From an uncultured Bacteroidota bacterium (GTDB taxonomy: Bacteria; Bacteroidota; Bacteroidia; Flavobacteriales; Flavobacteriaceae), in assembly GCA_902619315.1 (NCBI GenBank), contig CACNDW010000002.1, positions 4,760 through 68,759 of the forward strand: 64,000 nt of DNA, written 5' to 3'. This document shows, one piece after another, positions 45,016-55,282 of this stretch. The notes under the pieces were generated by a model. The model saw nothing but the letters and a program-made list of their open reading frames with translations. It did not search any database and was not told where the DNA came from. Within the stretch, counting starts at the first letter, position 1. Each line of letters opens with the position of its first letter. The translations under genes and the position numbers were made by a program.

Positions 45016-46494
45016 TTAATTGAGGGTAAAATGAGTTCCTTCTTTACCGTCTTTGAGTTGAATACCAAATTCTAATAGTTGGTCTCTAATTCGATCTGAG
45101 GTTTTAAAATCTTTATCGTTTCGTGCATTATTTCTTAGTTCGATCAATAAAGCTATCGTTTTATGGAGTATTTCTTCTTTGGAACTACTAGATTTTTGCA
45201 TTGGTGCAATGCCCAAAATGTCGTGAATAAAAGTCGATAACATTTTGTTGAGTATTTCCAATTGAGATTCGTCAATGGGGTGGTCTTTGTTGACGACCCT
45301 GTTAATAAACTTAACTGCCTCAAATAGGTGTGCAATCAGCACGGGACTGTTGAAATCATCGTTCATTGCAGCATAGCATTTTTTTTGCCATTGCTCGTGG
45401 TTAAACGCTCCAGCTTTTTTACCAGGATTAATTTTAGTAAGTCGGTTTACGGCATCCATCAATTTTTGATAACCTTTTTCTGAGGCATCCAAAGCCTCCT
45501 CGCTGATGTCCAATACACTTGTGTAATGGGCTTGAAGCATAAAGAATCGAACAACCTCTGGACTGTAAGGTTTGCTGAATTTATCATTGTTTCCAGTGAA
45601 GATATCCATGGGTAAGATATTATTGCCAGTAGATTTGGACATTTTTTTACCATTTAGAGTCAACATGTTAGCATGAAGCCAATATTTTACAGGTGGGTTG
45701 ATGTGGACTGACTGTGCCTGTGCAATTTCACATTCGTGGTGAGGAAACTTCAAGTCCAATCCTCCGCCGTGGATGTCGAATGAGTCCCCAAGGTATTTGG
45801 TGCTCATAGCTGTACACTCTAGGTGCCAGCCAGGGAAGCCATCGCTCCAGGGAGACGGCCAGCGCATAATATGCTGGGGCTCAGCCTTTTTCCAAAGTGC
45901 AAAGTCCTGAGGGTTTTTCTTTTCACTTTGACCCTCTAAAGAACGGGTGTTGTGAATTAATTCTTCAATTTTACGACGACTAAGTTTACCATAATGATGG
46001 GTTTGGTTGTATTTCAAAACATCAAAATAAACTGATCCATTTATTTCGTAGGCAAAACCTGCGTCAAATATTTTTTTGATAAACTCTATTTGTTCAACAA
46101 TATGACCTGTTGCAGTTGGCTCAATGCTAGGAGGTAATGTATTAAATTTTTCAAGGATTTGATGGAAATCTACAGTATAATGTTGGACCACTTCCATCGG
46201 TTCAATATTTTCAATTCTGGCTTTTTTTGCAATTCGGTCTTCACCACTATCCGCATCGTTTTCTAGGTGTCCAGCATCAGTAATATTTCTTACATAACGC
46301 ACTTTATATCCCAGGTGTCTGAGGTAACGGTAGATAACATCAAATGAAATAAAAGTCCTGCAATTGCCAAGATGAACGTTACTATAGACAGTGGGGCCAC
46401 AAACATACATACCAACATAACCGGGATTGAGCGGCTCAAAATCTTCTTTTTTTCCGCTTAAGGAATTTAGAACGACCAAGGAGTTCTCGATCAA
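45016..46494 (-). CDS. cysS: Cysteine--tRNA ligase
   Basis: 492 aa with the HIGH-type motif (NVHLGN) and KMSKS. Its start ATG overlaps the folE stop (ATGA at 46491-46494). Confidence 0.95.
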   Translation of the reverse strand: MIENSLVVLNSLSGKKEDFEPLNPGYVGMYVCGPTVYSNVHLGNCRTFISFDVIYRYLRHLGYKVRYVRNITDAGHLENDADSGEDRIAKKARIENIEPMEVVQHYTVDFHQILEKFNTLPPSIEPTATGHIVEQIEFIKKIFDAGFAYEINGSVYFDVLKYNQTHHYGKLSRRKIEELIHNTRSLEGQSEKKNPQDFALWKKAEPQHIMRWPSPWSDGFPGWHLECTAMSTKYLGDSFDIHGGGLDLKFPHHECEIAQAQSVHINPPVKYWLHANMLTLNGKKMSKSTGNNILPMDIFTGNNDKFSKPYSPEVVRFFMLQAHYTSVLDISEEALDASEKGYQKLMDAVNRLTKINPGKKAGAFNHEQWQKKCYAAMNDDFNSPVLIAHLFEAVKFINRVVNKDHPIDESQLEILNKMLSTFIHDILGIAPMQKSSSSKEEILHKTIALLIELRNNARNDKDFKTSDRIRDQLLEFGIQLKDGKEGTHFTLN

Positions 46495-47171
46495 AACTCA
46501 GTTTCTAGTTTGATATAATCTAAAAATTCCCTTTTAACATCCTTTTCCTTAAATCGCCCTCCAAACTCGGAAGTAACAGTGCTACTATTGACGTCGCTAA
46601 TACCACGGGAATTGACACACAGGTGTTTAGCGTCGATAACACAAGCTACATTTTTAGTCTTTAGAACTTTTTGAAGTTCTTCCACAATTTGTAGAGTTAA
46701 CCGTTCCTGAACCTGTGGACGTTTAGCATAATAATCCACAATTCTATTCATTTTCGAAAGTCCCACTACTGTTCCGTTTGAAATATATGCCACATGGGCC
46801 TTACCTACTATAGGTAACAAATGATGCTCACAAGTGGAGTAGAGGGTGATATTTTTTTCGACCAACATTTCTCCGTACTGATATTTGTTTTCAAAGGAAG
46901 AAGCTTTTGGCTTATTGTTTGGATGTAAACCGCTGAATATCTCGTTTACAAACATTTTAGCGACCCTTGTTGGTGTACCACTAAGGCTGTCGTCAGTGAG
47001 ATCCATTCCCAAAACGTAAAGTATTTCTCGCATTTTTTCTTCGATCAATAGGATTTTCTCACTATTGCTCAAGTCAAATGCGTCAGGGCGCATAGGTGTA
47101 ACTCTAGATGAGCTAAGGTGTTGATCACCAATTTCATCAATTTGGTCAGTAAATAGTTTTTCTAGTTTCAT
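46491..47171 (-). CDS. folE: GTP cyclohydrolase I
   Basis: Motifs are CEHHLLP and the RPQVQERLT region. The likely start is ATG 47171 (MKLEKLF...). The track ORF extends to 47207. Confidence 0.9.
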   Translation of the reverse strand: MKLEKLFTDQIDEIGDQHLSSSRVTPMRPDAFDLSNSEKILLIEEKMREILYVLGMDLTDDSLSGTPTRVAKMFVNEIFSGLHPNNKPKASSFENKYQYGEMLVEKNITLYSTCEHHLLPIVGKAHVAYISNGTVVGLSKMNRIVDYYAKRPQVQERLTLQIVEELQKVLKTKNVACVIDAKHLCVNSRGISDVNSSTVTSEFGGRFKEKDVKREFLDYIKLETEF

Positions 47172-47250
47172 AGTAATATAAGAATTACAAAGATAATCAT
47201 TTATCAATAAATTGTATTTTCAGTTAAGGGCTAATTCGTTCGATTAGTAA

Positions 47251-48762
47251 CTATAGTTTTAGGGAGAGGGAAACCAGGAATTGAAATTGGTTTTTCCTAA
47301 GTTGTATTGGATTATTCAAACCAGTTTGGTACATAGGTTCCGAGCGCTCGAAAACTAAATTTGAAAAAGTGAGATTTAGGGCGCTACCACCAAAGTCGTA
47401 TCCAAGACCAAAAGATGATCCATTACTGAGATCATTAGTTTTTTTATTGATGCTCTCTTGGTTGAAGTAGCCTGCTCTTAAACTTAAGCGGCCCAAACGG
47501 TATTCTCCACCTATTTTAAGGGTTCCGGCCGATTTGAGTGTAGTTTCTACTATTTTATTTTGCTCTATGAAGTTTTGGTCACCATATTCAACGTCAAATG
47601 CGGCTTTTTGATAATTGACTATGTCATATTGTATGCTTACTAAACCCTTGGACCCAAAAACATAGGCCAGTCCTCCACCATATCTTGAAGGAGTAGACAT
47701 ATTGTATTCATAAATATTGATGATGAGGGGATCAATTGTATCTTTTCCATTTATTTTATTAGTAATGATTCTCTGAGACAATTCGTCGGTCATTTGATAC
47801 CAAACTGGACTTTGGTAACTTAGTCCTAATCTCAGGTATTTAAACTTATAAATACCTCCAAATTGAAAAGAAAACCCCTGTCCAATGGTTAAAAGATCAT
47901 TTTCAAATTCTGTATAATCAAATGAAGAAGTAAATCCGTAATTGTTTTCGATCAAATTGTCAACTCTTCTGAAGTTAATTTGATGAGAATTCAGATTAAA
48001 ACCCAAATATAGACTTTCACCATATTGCGAAGCAAATGAAAAGGTATGTTTACTCTTTTTTCCACTATTACTTACAAAAAAATTGTGATCGACTGGAAGG
48101 TTGTTTGGGTTACTGGAGGAGATATATTGGGTATTGTTGTCATCAAATGTTACAGGATCAATAAGATAGCTTTGATACCCCAAAAAAGCTTGTTGGCTCG
48201 CAAAACCATTGTTTTCTCCTAAATACTTGTAAGATTGTGAGAGATCCTCATCGTCATAGGTTTTAATTTCTCGAAAAGCAATTCCATTAGCATAGTTTAA
48301 AAAATAATGATCCAAACCATTGATGGGATTAGTTCCCTTGGCATTGAATTTGGAAATAAAATTACTTTCTTGCTGGTAATTATAGGCAAATGCAAGTTTA
48401 ATAAAATCACCTGCTTTGGAATCATTTATTATCAAAACTAAACCAAGTTGATTCATGTCTGAGGACCCAGAATTAATAAGATTTTTGTCACCAAAATAAT
48501 TTGCATCGACCCTGTTTTCTGTCGTGTTTAGGGTCAAACCAATTTCAGAGTTCAGAAATACAGCTGCTGCTGCTGGATTGTCTTTTATGGCAGAAAAATC
48601 ACCACCTAATGCATTGAATGCTCCACCCATAGCTACATATCTTGCTGTGCCTTTTAATTCTGTTCTTGTGTAGCGCAAGATATCCTCCATTGATTGCGTA
48701 TAAGCTAACAATGGATATAAAAAGAGCACAAGAACATGAGGGATGAACTTTTTAATTGTCAT
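47251..48762 (-). CDS. FadL/TodX/PorV-like outer-membrane beta-barrel protein
   Basis: 503 aa with a signal peptide. The N-terminal motif GTARYVAMGGAFNALGGDFSAIKDNPAA resembles the conserved plug/hatch region of FadL-superfamily barrels. An alternating strand pattern follows. Confidence 0.6.
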   Translation of the reverse strand: MTIKKFIPHVLVLFLYPLLAYTQSMEDILRYTRTELKGTARYVAMGGAFNALGGDFSAIKDNPAAAAVFLNSEIGLTLNTTENRVDANYFGDKNLINSGSSDMNQLGLVLIINDSKAGDFIKLAFAYNYQQESNFISKFNAKGTNPINGLDHYFLNYANGIAFREIKTYDDEDLSQSYKYLGENNGFASQQAFLGYQSYLIDPVTFDDNNTQYISSSNPNNLPVDHNFFVSNSGKKSKHTFSFASQYGESLYLGFNLNSHQINFRRVDNLIENNYGFTSSFDYTEFENDLLTIGQGFSFQFGGIYKFKYLRLGLSYQSPVWYQMTDELSQRIITNKINGKDTIDPLIINIYEYNMSTPSRYGGGLAYVFGSKGLVSIQYDIVNYQKAAFDVEYGDQNFIEQNKIVETTLKSAGTLKIGGEYRLGRLSLRAGYFNQESINKKTNDLSNGSSFGLGYDFGGSALNLTFSNLVFERSEPMYQTGLNNPIQLRKNQFQFLVSLSLKL

Positions 48763-48779
48763 TATATTTTTCTTCGATA

Positions 48780-49793
48780 TTACCTACCTCTAGAGCTGCT
48801 TCTACCACCCCCGGAAACTCTTGATGATGAACTATATGAAGAACGATTACCACTCGAATATGATGATCGAGAGGAACCATAGCTTCTTCCTGTGTTATAA
48901 TTTCTTCTGCTACTTGATGAGTAACTTGAATTAGACTGTGATCTTTTGTTATATTGATTTTTCTGACTCGATTGATTGTTAGCTTTGCGAGTTAACGTAG
49001 AATTGGATCTATTAGTAGTCTGTGGGGTTCTTCTGCCTACATTGTATCGATTGTTGTTGACTGAATTACTGTTGCTATTTGTCGAATTGTATCTATTTTC
49101 ACTTGAGTTGTAAGAATTGTTATAACCTTTGCCGGAGTTTCCACCTCTTAAAGTACTGAAGTTATTATACCGACCTGAACCCCTAGAATAGTTGGAATAG
49201 GCATAGCTTCTATCAAATCGATTACCATAATAACCTCTGAATCGGAATCCAGGAGTATAAAAGGGGTTTATGTAAAATGGGTATCTAAACCTAAAAAATG
49301 GATCATAAAAACTAAGTCCCCAATAGGGTCTATAGAAACCTCTATTAAAGAAAGGATCGAAATTCCAAAAGGGATCGAAAAAGGAATTATAGAAACCCCA
49401 ATTGAAATTGAAAAATCCCCAAGGATTATTATTTATGTAATATACCTCGGTTGAACTGGTGCGATCCCCCCACGGTGCTTGTGAATTGACTTGAAAATCG
49501 TTATTACTTTCATTACTACTATAGTTGTCACCATCGGTGTTCGCTATATTTTCAGTGTTATCAAAGGAGGAGTAATTGTCAGCAATGTTGCTGAAATAAT
49601 TTTTATAATAGACTTCGGTATCATTCGTTTTAGCCTCCTCCAAACTACTTTTTCTGAGAGCAACTTCACCTCCATAAATACCATCTGAACCATAATATGA
49701 AACCATTTGATAACTTCCACAAGAAAATAAAGTGGAAATTAGCAAAATACTGCTTAGTAGTTTGCTATGAATAAAAATAAGCTTTGTTCTCAT
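48780..49793 (-). CDS. Low-complexity lipoprotein: aromatic-rich core and Ser/Arg/Asn/Tyr-rich tail
   Basis: 337 aa with the lipobox STLFSC. In residues 124-193, 33 of 70 are F/Y/W by my count. Residues ~200-337 are almost entirely S/N/R/Y/G. The gene lies 17 nt upstream of the barrel gene on the same strand. Confidence 0.6.
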   Translation of the reverse strand: MRTKLIFIHSKLLSSILLISTLFSCGSYQMVSYYGSDGIYGGEVALRKSSLEEAKTNDTEVYYKNYFSNIADNYSSFDNTENIANTDGDNYSSNESNNDFQVNSQAPWGDRTSSTEVYYINNNPWGFFNFNWGFYNSFFDPFWNFDPFFNRGFYRPYWGLSFYDPFFRFRYPFYINPFYTPGFRFRGYYGNRFDRSYAYSNYSRGSGRYNNFSTLRGGNSGKGYNNSYNSSENRYNSTNSNSNSVNNNRYNVGRRTPQTTNRSNSTLTRKANNQSSQKNQYNKRSQSNSSYSSSSRRNYNTGRSYGSSRSSYSSGNRSSYSSSSRVSGGGRSSSRGR

Positions 49794-49891
49794 TGTTGCT
49801 ACTTATTGGAATGAAAGACAAACAAAAAAATAGTAGTTTTGTGCTTCATTACATTCAAATAATTAGAAACAAAATCTGTGCCAAACTTAAC

Positions 49892-51370
49892 GTGGGGAAA
49901 AAATTAACAAGTAGATCAGAGGATTATTCGAGGTGGTATAACGAACTGGTAGTTAGGGCCGATTTGGCTGAAAACTCAGCCGTCCGCGGCTGTATGGTTA
50001 TTAAACCTTATGGTTATGCCATTTGGGAAAAAATGCAATTGGAATTAGATAAAATGTTTAAGGCCACTGGTCATCAAAATGCCTATTTCCCTTTATTTGT
50101 TCCCAAGAGTTTATTTGAGGCTGAGGAGAAAAATGCTGAGGGCTTTGCCAAGGAATGCGCTGTCGTAACCCATTATCGTTTGAAAACTGATCCTGAGGAT
50201 AGTTCAAAATTGATTGTAGATCCCGATGCGAAATTGGAGGAGGAATTGGTGGTCAGACCAACCTCCGAGGCTATAATTTGGAATACCTATAAGAATTGGA
50301 TTCAGTCCTACAGAGACTTACCCATCATGGTAAATCAATGGGCCAATGTTGTTCGATGGGAAATGCGTCCACGTTTGTTCTTACGTACTGCCGAATTTCT
50401 ATGGCAAGAGGGACATACTGCGCACTCAACCAGAGAGGAGGCTCTTCAAGAGACTAAGCTGATTAACAATCTTTATGCTGATTTTGCAGAGAATTTTATG
50501 GCAATTCCTGTAATTCAAGGCCTAAAATCAGAAAGCGAGAGGTTTGCTGGAGCAGAGGAGACCTATTGCATAGAGGCCTTGATGCAAGACGGTAAAGCTC
50601 TTCAAGCTGGTACTTCCCACTTTTTGGGGCAAAATTTCGCTAAAGCTTTTGATGTAAAGTTTGCCACCAAATCTGGTGATCTTGAATACGTTTGGGCTAC
50701 ATCATGGGGGGTGTCAACCCGTTTAATGGGAGCACTTATTATGACCCATAGCGACGATAATGGTTTAGTATTACCACCTAATTTGGCTCCCATTCAGGTG
50801 GTTATTATTCCTATATATAGTGGTTCTGATCAATTAGTGACCATTTCATTAGTTGCGAAAAAAATAATGAAGGAGCTTTCTGCTGTAGGGATTTCTGTAA
50901 AATACGATGACCGAGATAACTTTAAACCTGGCTTCAAATTTAACGATTACGAATTAAAGGGTGTTCCGTTGAGAATCGCCATAGGCCCAAGAGATATTGA
51001 TAATAAAGTGGTAGAGTTAGCCCGAAGAGACACTATGGAAAAAAAACTAGTGGCATTGGATGGGCTTAGTCAGCAGATTCAAGCTTCTTTGAATGAAATG
51101 CAAATAAATCTTTTTAGTAGGGCACTTAAATTTAGAGATGATCACATAACAGAAGTTAATAATTTTGATGAATTTACATCTACAATTATTAAAAAGGGTG
51201 GATTTATTTCTGCTCACTGGGATGGAACTTTTGAGACCGAGGAGGCAATAAAAAAAGAAACTAAAGCTACTATCCGTTGTATCCCTTTAAAAGAAAACCC
51301 ACAAAAGGGGAAATGTGTTTATTCAGGAAAACCTTCTAATCAAAGGGTTCTTTTTTCCAAAGCTTACTAA
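49892..51370 (+). CDS. proS: Proline--tRNA ligase (archaeal/eukaryote-like type)
   Basis: Conserved sequence begins at (M)[26 protein letters not shown] with an in-frame GTG at 49892, giving 492 aa. The track ORF start at 49784 overlaps the divergent lipoprotein gene and adds non-conserved sequence. Confidence 0.88.
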   Translation: MGKKLTSRSEDYSRWYNELVVRADLAENSAVRGCMVIKPYGYAIWEKMQLELDKMFKATGHQNAYFPLFVPKSLFEAEEKNAEGFAKECAVVTHYRLKTDPEDSSKLIVDPDAKLEEELVVRPTSEAIIWNTYKNWIQSYRDLPIMVNQWANVVRWEMRPRLFLRTAEFLWQEGHTAHSTREEALQETKLINNLYADFAENFMAIPVIQGLKSESERFAGAEETYCIEALMQDGKALQAGTSHFLGQNFAKAFDVKFATKSGDLEYVWATSWGVSTRLMGALIMTHSDDNGLVLPPNLAPIQVVIIPIYSGSDQLVTISLVAKKIMKELSAVGISVKYDDRDNFKPGFKFNDYELKGVPLRIAIGPRDIDNKVVELARRDTMEKKLVALDGLSQQIQASLNEMQINLFSRALKFRDDHITEVNNFDEFTSTIIKKGGFISAHWDGTFETEEAIKKETKATIRCIPLKENPQKGKCVYSGKPSNQRVLFSKAY

Positions 51371-51414
51371 AAATCCTGTTATTTTTATTGTTAATCTATA
51401 GCATGCTTTTTAGG

Positions 51415-51443
51415 TTGTATAATAATTTTTTTAGTGTAAATTT
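51415..51443 (+). promoter_or_regulatory. Putative promoter for tRNA-Glu (and possibly rpsT)
   Basis: TTG at 51415-51417, an 18-nt spacer, then TAAATTTG (TAnnTTTG) at 51436-51443. This is 14 nt upstream of the tRNA 5' end. Confidence 0.4.
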
Positions 51444-51457
51444 GCGCACTGAAATAA

Positions 51458-51529
51458 TGGCCCGTTCGTCTATCGGTTAGGACGCCAGGTTTTCATCCTG
51501 GAAAGAGGGGTTCGACTCCCCTACGGGCT
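51458..51529 (+). tRNA. tRNA-Glu (anticodon UUC)
   Basis: The cloverleaf folds by hand. The acceptor is GGCCCGT/ACGGGCT (G1-U72) and the D arm is GTC/GAC. The anticodon stem CCAGG/CCTGG has loop TTTTCAT. The T arm is AGGGG-TTCGACT-CCCCT and the discriminator is A. No CCA is encoded. Confidence 0.88.
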
Positions 51530-51550
51530 ACAAGCGTTTAATATAGTTAT

Positions 51551-51802
51551 ATGGCAAATCACAAGTCTGCATTAAAGAGAATTCGTTCTAACGACAAAAA
51601 ACGATTACGTAATAGATTTCAACATAAAACAGCAAGAAATGCTATTCGTAAGTTAAAGAGTCTTACCACAAAAAAAGAGGCAAATAAACAATTTCCAGAA
51701 GTAGTTTCTTTGGTAGATAAGTTAGCAAAAAAGAACATTATTCATGCTAATAAAGCAGCAAACATCAAGTCTAAGCTGGCCAGGTTTGTAGCTTCCCTAT
51801 GA
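51551..51802 (+). CDS. rpsT: 30S ribosomal protein S20
   Basis: 83-aa basic protein beginning MANHKSALKRIR... Confidence 0.92.
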   Translation: MANHKSALKRIRSNDKKRLRNRFQHKTARNAIRKLKSLTTKKEANKQFPEVVSLVDKLAKKNIIHANKAANIKSKLARFVASL

Positions 51803-51838
51803 ATTATAATCAAAAATTTTCCAAATTGGAAAGTATTT

Positions 51839-53389
51839 TTAAGAATTCATTGAAATTAGAAATTCCTCGTTATTTTTAGTCTTTATAAATCGGTCATTGA
51901 TGAATTCCATTGCTTCAACCGGATTCATGTCAGCTAAATATTTCCTCATAATCCACATCCGTTGTATAGTGTTTTCATCCAGTAACATGTCATCGCGGCG
52001 GGTACTGGAAGAGATCAAATCGATTGCAGGGAAAATTCTGCGGTTAGCAATCCTTCGGTCAAGTTGCAATTCCATATTACCAGTCCCTTTAAATTCTTCA
52101 AAAATAACTTCATCCATTTTCGATCCTGTTTCTGTCAGAGCAGTAGCAATTATAGACAAGGAACCTCCTCTTTCAATATTACGGGCAGCACCAAAAAATC
52201 TTTTTGGCTTATGAAGGGCGTTGGCATCCACACCACCACTGAGAATTTTGCCTGATGCAGGTTGAACAGTATTGTAGGCTCGTGCCAATCGAGTTATTGA
52301 ATCAAGTAAAATTACTACATCATGTCCACATTCTACCATTCTTTTGGCTTTCTCGAGCACTATATTGGCAACTTTCACGTGTCGGTCAGCAGGTTCATCA
52401 AAAGTTGAAGCCACTACCTCACCATCCACATTTCTCTGCATATCTGTTACCTCCTCTGGTCTTTCATCAATCAATAGGATCAACTGGTATACCTCGGGAT
52501 GATTGGCCGCAATAGCGTTGGCAATATCTTTTAAGAGCATAGTTTTACCAGTTTTGGGCTGTGAAACTATCATCCCCCTCTGACCCTTTCCTACAGGAGA
52601 GAACAAATCAATGATTCTTGTTGATATAGTACTTTGTTTTTCAGCTATATTGAATTTTTCATCGGGAAAAAGAGGGGTTAAGTGCTCAAAAGAAACTCGA
52701 TCTCTTACTACTTTAGGATCAAGACCATTGATTTTATCTACCTTAATTAATGGAAAATATTTTTCACCTTCTTTTGGAGGACGAACTGTTCCTAATACGG
52801 TATCTCCTGTTTTTAATCCAAACAATCGAATTTGGGATTGTGAGACATATACATCGTCTGGAGAGGATAGGTAGTTAAAGTCGGAAGACCGAAGAAATCC
52901 ATATCCCTCTTGCATCATTTCTAAAACCCCTTCTGTGTTAATGATACCCTCAAATTCGAAATCTGGTTCTCGATATCGATTACGATTATCTCGGTTGTGA
53001 TTAACTTCTTGGTGATCTTTTTTTCTTTTCGGGTTGTTGTATTTCGAGTAATTATGGCTTTGTTTTTGTTGAAGACCAGGATCTTTTTTATCCGATTTCT
53101 GTTGCTCTAGTTTTTCCTCAACTTTTAATTTGGGGTTTTCATTCTTTAAATTTTCATTGACCTTTTTACCTTGCATTGTTTGCTCATTAACTTTAGCAAC
53201 AGAATCTATATTATTTTTTTTAGGGGGCTTGTTATCTTTAACTTCTAATGGCGAAGCAGCCACAGTATCAATGATTTGATAAATGAGTTCCATTTTTTTG
53301 AGTCCGGTAAGTCTTCTGACTCCAACGGATTTAGCAATTTCCTGTAATTCAGAAAGTTTTTTACTTTTTAGAGATGCTATCTCGTACAT
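51839..53389 (-). CDS. rho: Transcription termination factor Rho with a ~100-aa low-complexity N-terminal insertion
   Basis: 516 aa. It has the N-terminal helical motif LSELQEIAK, a K/N/Q/E-rich insert, the cold-shock-like domain [15 protein letters not shown], Walker A PKTGKT and the C-terminal RecA-type core. Confidence 0.95.
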   Translation of the reverse strand: MYEIASLKSKKLSELQEIAKSVGVRRLTGLKKMELIYQIIDTVAASPLEVKDNKPPKKNNIDSVAKVNEQTMQGKKVNENLKNENPKLKVEEKLEQQKSDKKDPGLQQKQSHNYSKYNNPKRKKDHQEVNHNRDNRNRYREPDFEFEGIINTEGVLEMMQEGYGFLRSSDFNYLSSPDDVYVSQSQIRLFGLKTGDTVLGTVRPPKEGEKYFPLIKVDKINGLDPKVVRDRVSFEHLTPLFPDEKFNIAEKQSTISTRIIDLFSPVGKGQRGMIVSQPKTGKTMLLKDIANAIAANHPEVYQLILLIDERPEEVTDMQRNVDGEVVASTFDEPADRHVKVANIVLEKAKRMVECGHDVVILLDSITRLARAYNTVQPASGKILSGGVDANALHKPKRFFGAARNIERGGSLSIIATALTETGSKMDEVIFEEFKGTGNMELQLDRRIANRRIFPAIDLISSSTRRDDMLLDENTIQRMWIMRKYLADMNPVEAMEFINDRFIKTKNNEEFLISMNS

Positions 53390-53537
53390 TAGATGAGATT
53401 AAAGAGATTAGTAAGAAATAAACGAAAGATAGTATTTGAAAGTGAGGGGGTATTAGTATTCTCCTCTGACAATATTACAAATTTTATTTTTAAATTAGTC
53501 TATTATTGAAAAAACTTAGCCTTTTAAAATTTAGCTA

Positions 53538-53930
53538 ATGATCCAGCGTATACAAACTGTTTTTTTGTTAATAATCGTAATGGTATCTGTAATCGGCTTT
53601 TTTTTCTTGCCTCCTCTTAATTTTTCCTTATTGGGATTAATGGTTCCAGCTGTTTTGAAATCCTATATCATTCTTACTAGTTCATTGGCATTTTTATCCT
53701 TAATGATTTTCAAACACAGAAAAACACAATTGATTATAAATCGCTTGCATTTTTTTCTTCAAGTTGCAATGACGGGAGTTTTGATATTTGGATTGTTGAA
53801 TGCAGATGAGTTGAATTCTTTTTTACTCTGGTTGCTGATGCCTTTTCAGTCAATGATATTATTGATTTTTAGCAGTAGGGCAATCCAAAAGGACGATGAT
53901 CTAATCCGTTCTATTGATCGTTTGCGCTAA
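53538..53930 (+). CDS. Small four-helix membrane protein (DUF4293-like)
   Basis: 130 aa. It starts MIQRIQTVFLL, which is typical of the Bacteroidota DUF4293 family, and has four hydrophobic segments. Confidence 0.6.
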   Translation: MIQRIQTVFLLIIVMVSVIGFFFLPPLNFSLLGLMVPAVLKSYIILTSSLAFLSLMIFKHRKTQLIINRLHFFLQVAMTGVLIFGLLNADELNSFLLWLLMPFQSMILLIFSSRAIQKDDDLIRSIDRLR

Positions 53931-54428
53931 ATTTCCCCTTTGACCCAGTTCTACAGCCTCTAGATTTTCAATTTTTCCCTGATTGAGCTCAAACCGTAAC
54001 AGGGTCCTCAATTTGTGAAACCCTTGAGTACCACAGGCCCCGGGATTCATGTGTAAAAGATTGTTTTTACGATCTTGAATTACCTTAAGTATGTGGGAAT
54101 GACCACAAATATAAAGCTGTGGTTTTTCTTCAAGAATGAGTTTTTTTACTCTAGGATTGTAACTTCCAGGGTAGCCTCCAATGTGAGTCATTACTACCTT
54201 TACCTCTTGGCAGCTGAATATTTGATTCACTGGAAATTGACTTCTCAACTCCTGTCCATCAATGTTTCCATAAACACCTCTAAGTGGTTTTAATTTTGAA
54301 ATTTCATCAGTAACATTAGCTGATCCAATATCTCCGGCATGCCACACTTCATCGGAATTATTGATGTATTTGATGATCTTTTGATCTAAGTAACCGTGGG
54401 TATCAGATAGTAGTAAGATTTTTTTCAA
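53901..54428 (-). CDS. Metallophosphoesterase, YfcE/MJ0936 family
   Basis: 175 aa with the motifs LSDTHG, HAGD, GNID and CGHSH. Its 3' end overlaps the convergent gene by 30 nt. Confidence 0.8.
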   Translation of the reverse strand: MKKILLLSDTHGYLDQKIIKYINNSDEVWHAGDIGSANVTDEISKLKPLRGVYGNIDGQELRSQFPVNQIFSCQEVKVVMTHIGGYPGSYNPRVKKLILEEKPQLYICGHSHILKVIQDRKNNLLHMNPGACGTQGFHKLRTLLRFELNQGKIENLEAVELGQRGNLAQTINRTD

Positions 54429-54520
54429 AATTAATTTTTATTATGTATCAAAGATATTTGATTTTTCACTTTTTTAAACCACTGTTTTCTTTTCTTTAAA
54501 ACAATATCTTTGTGATTTCA

Positions 54521-55282
54521 ATGGAGTTAACAAGATATTTTATTGAGTTGTCATATGATGGATCGGCCTATCATGGTTGGCAACGCCAACCTAATGCGAT
54601 CAGTGTTCAGCAAGTTTTAGAAGAGGCTTTAAGCAGGCTGGCTAGAAATAGTATTAGTCTTTTGGGAGCAGGCAGAACAGATACCGGGGTTCATGCACTA
54701 CAGATGTATGCGCATTTTGATGTATCGCAGAAGATTGCTAACACTAAAGAACTTATTTTTCATTTAAATGGTTTTCTAAACGACGATATATCTATTAAAG
54801 GAATAAGGCAGGTTCAACCCCATGCAAATGCTCGTTTTGACGCTACTGCACGATACTATGAATATCATATTTCTACGGCGAAAGACCCCTTCCATTCACA
54901 ACATCATTATTACCTAAAAAATCAACCAGACATTGATATGATGAATGAGGCGGCAAAAACTCTTTTGCTTCATCAGGATTTTCAGTGTTTTTCTAAGACA
55001 AATACCGATGTAAAAACTTTTCTTTGTAATATAAAAAAAGCAGTTTGGAAACAAGAGGGGTCTTCTTTGATTTTTTACATTTCCTCTAATAGGTTTTTGA
55101 GAAATATGGTTAGATCTATAGTAGGAACTCTTTTAGAAGTAGGTTACAAAAAGAGAAAAGTTGAAGATATGGACGATTTGATAAAGAGTAAAGACAGAGG
55201 TAAAGCTGGATTTTCTGTTCCCGCACATGGCTTATATCTGAGTCGTATTGATTACCCTCAAAATATATTTATTGATTTATGA
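54521..55282 (+). CDS. truA: tRNA pseudouridine(38-40) synthase
   Basis: Motifs are RYFIELSYDGSAYHGWQRQ and the catalytic GAGRTDTGVHA. ATG 54521 is chosen over the track's GTG 54512. Confidence 0.9.
   Translation: MELTRYFIELSYDGSAYHGWQRQPNAISVQQVLEEALSRLARNSISLLGAGRTDTGVHALQMYAHFDVSQKIANTKELIFHLNGFLNDDISIKGIRQVQPHANARFDATARYYEYHISTAKDPFHSQHHYYLKNQPDIDMMNEAAKTLLLHQDFQCFSKTNTDVKTFLCNIKKAVWKQEGSSLIFYISSNRFLRNMVRSIVGTLLEVGYKKRKVEDMDDLIKSKDRGKAGFSVPAHGLYLSRIDYPQNIFIDL

Noticed and set aside
49784-49891. N-terminal extension of proS as drawn in the ORF track (start 49784)
   Set aside because: The extension overlaps the divergent lipoprotein gene start and encodes non-conserved sequence. The conserved ProS N-terminus begins at the in-frame GTG 49892.
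53901-53930. 30-nt convergent overlap between the DUF4293 gene and the metallophosphoesterase gene
   Set aside because: Tail-to-tail overlaps of this size are common in compact genomes. There is no evidence of special regulation.
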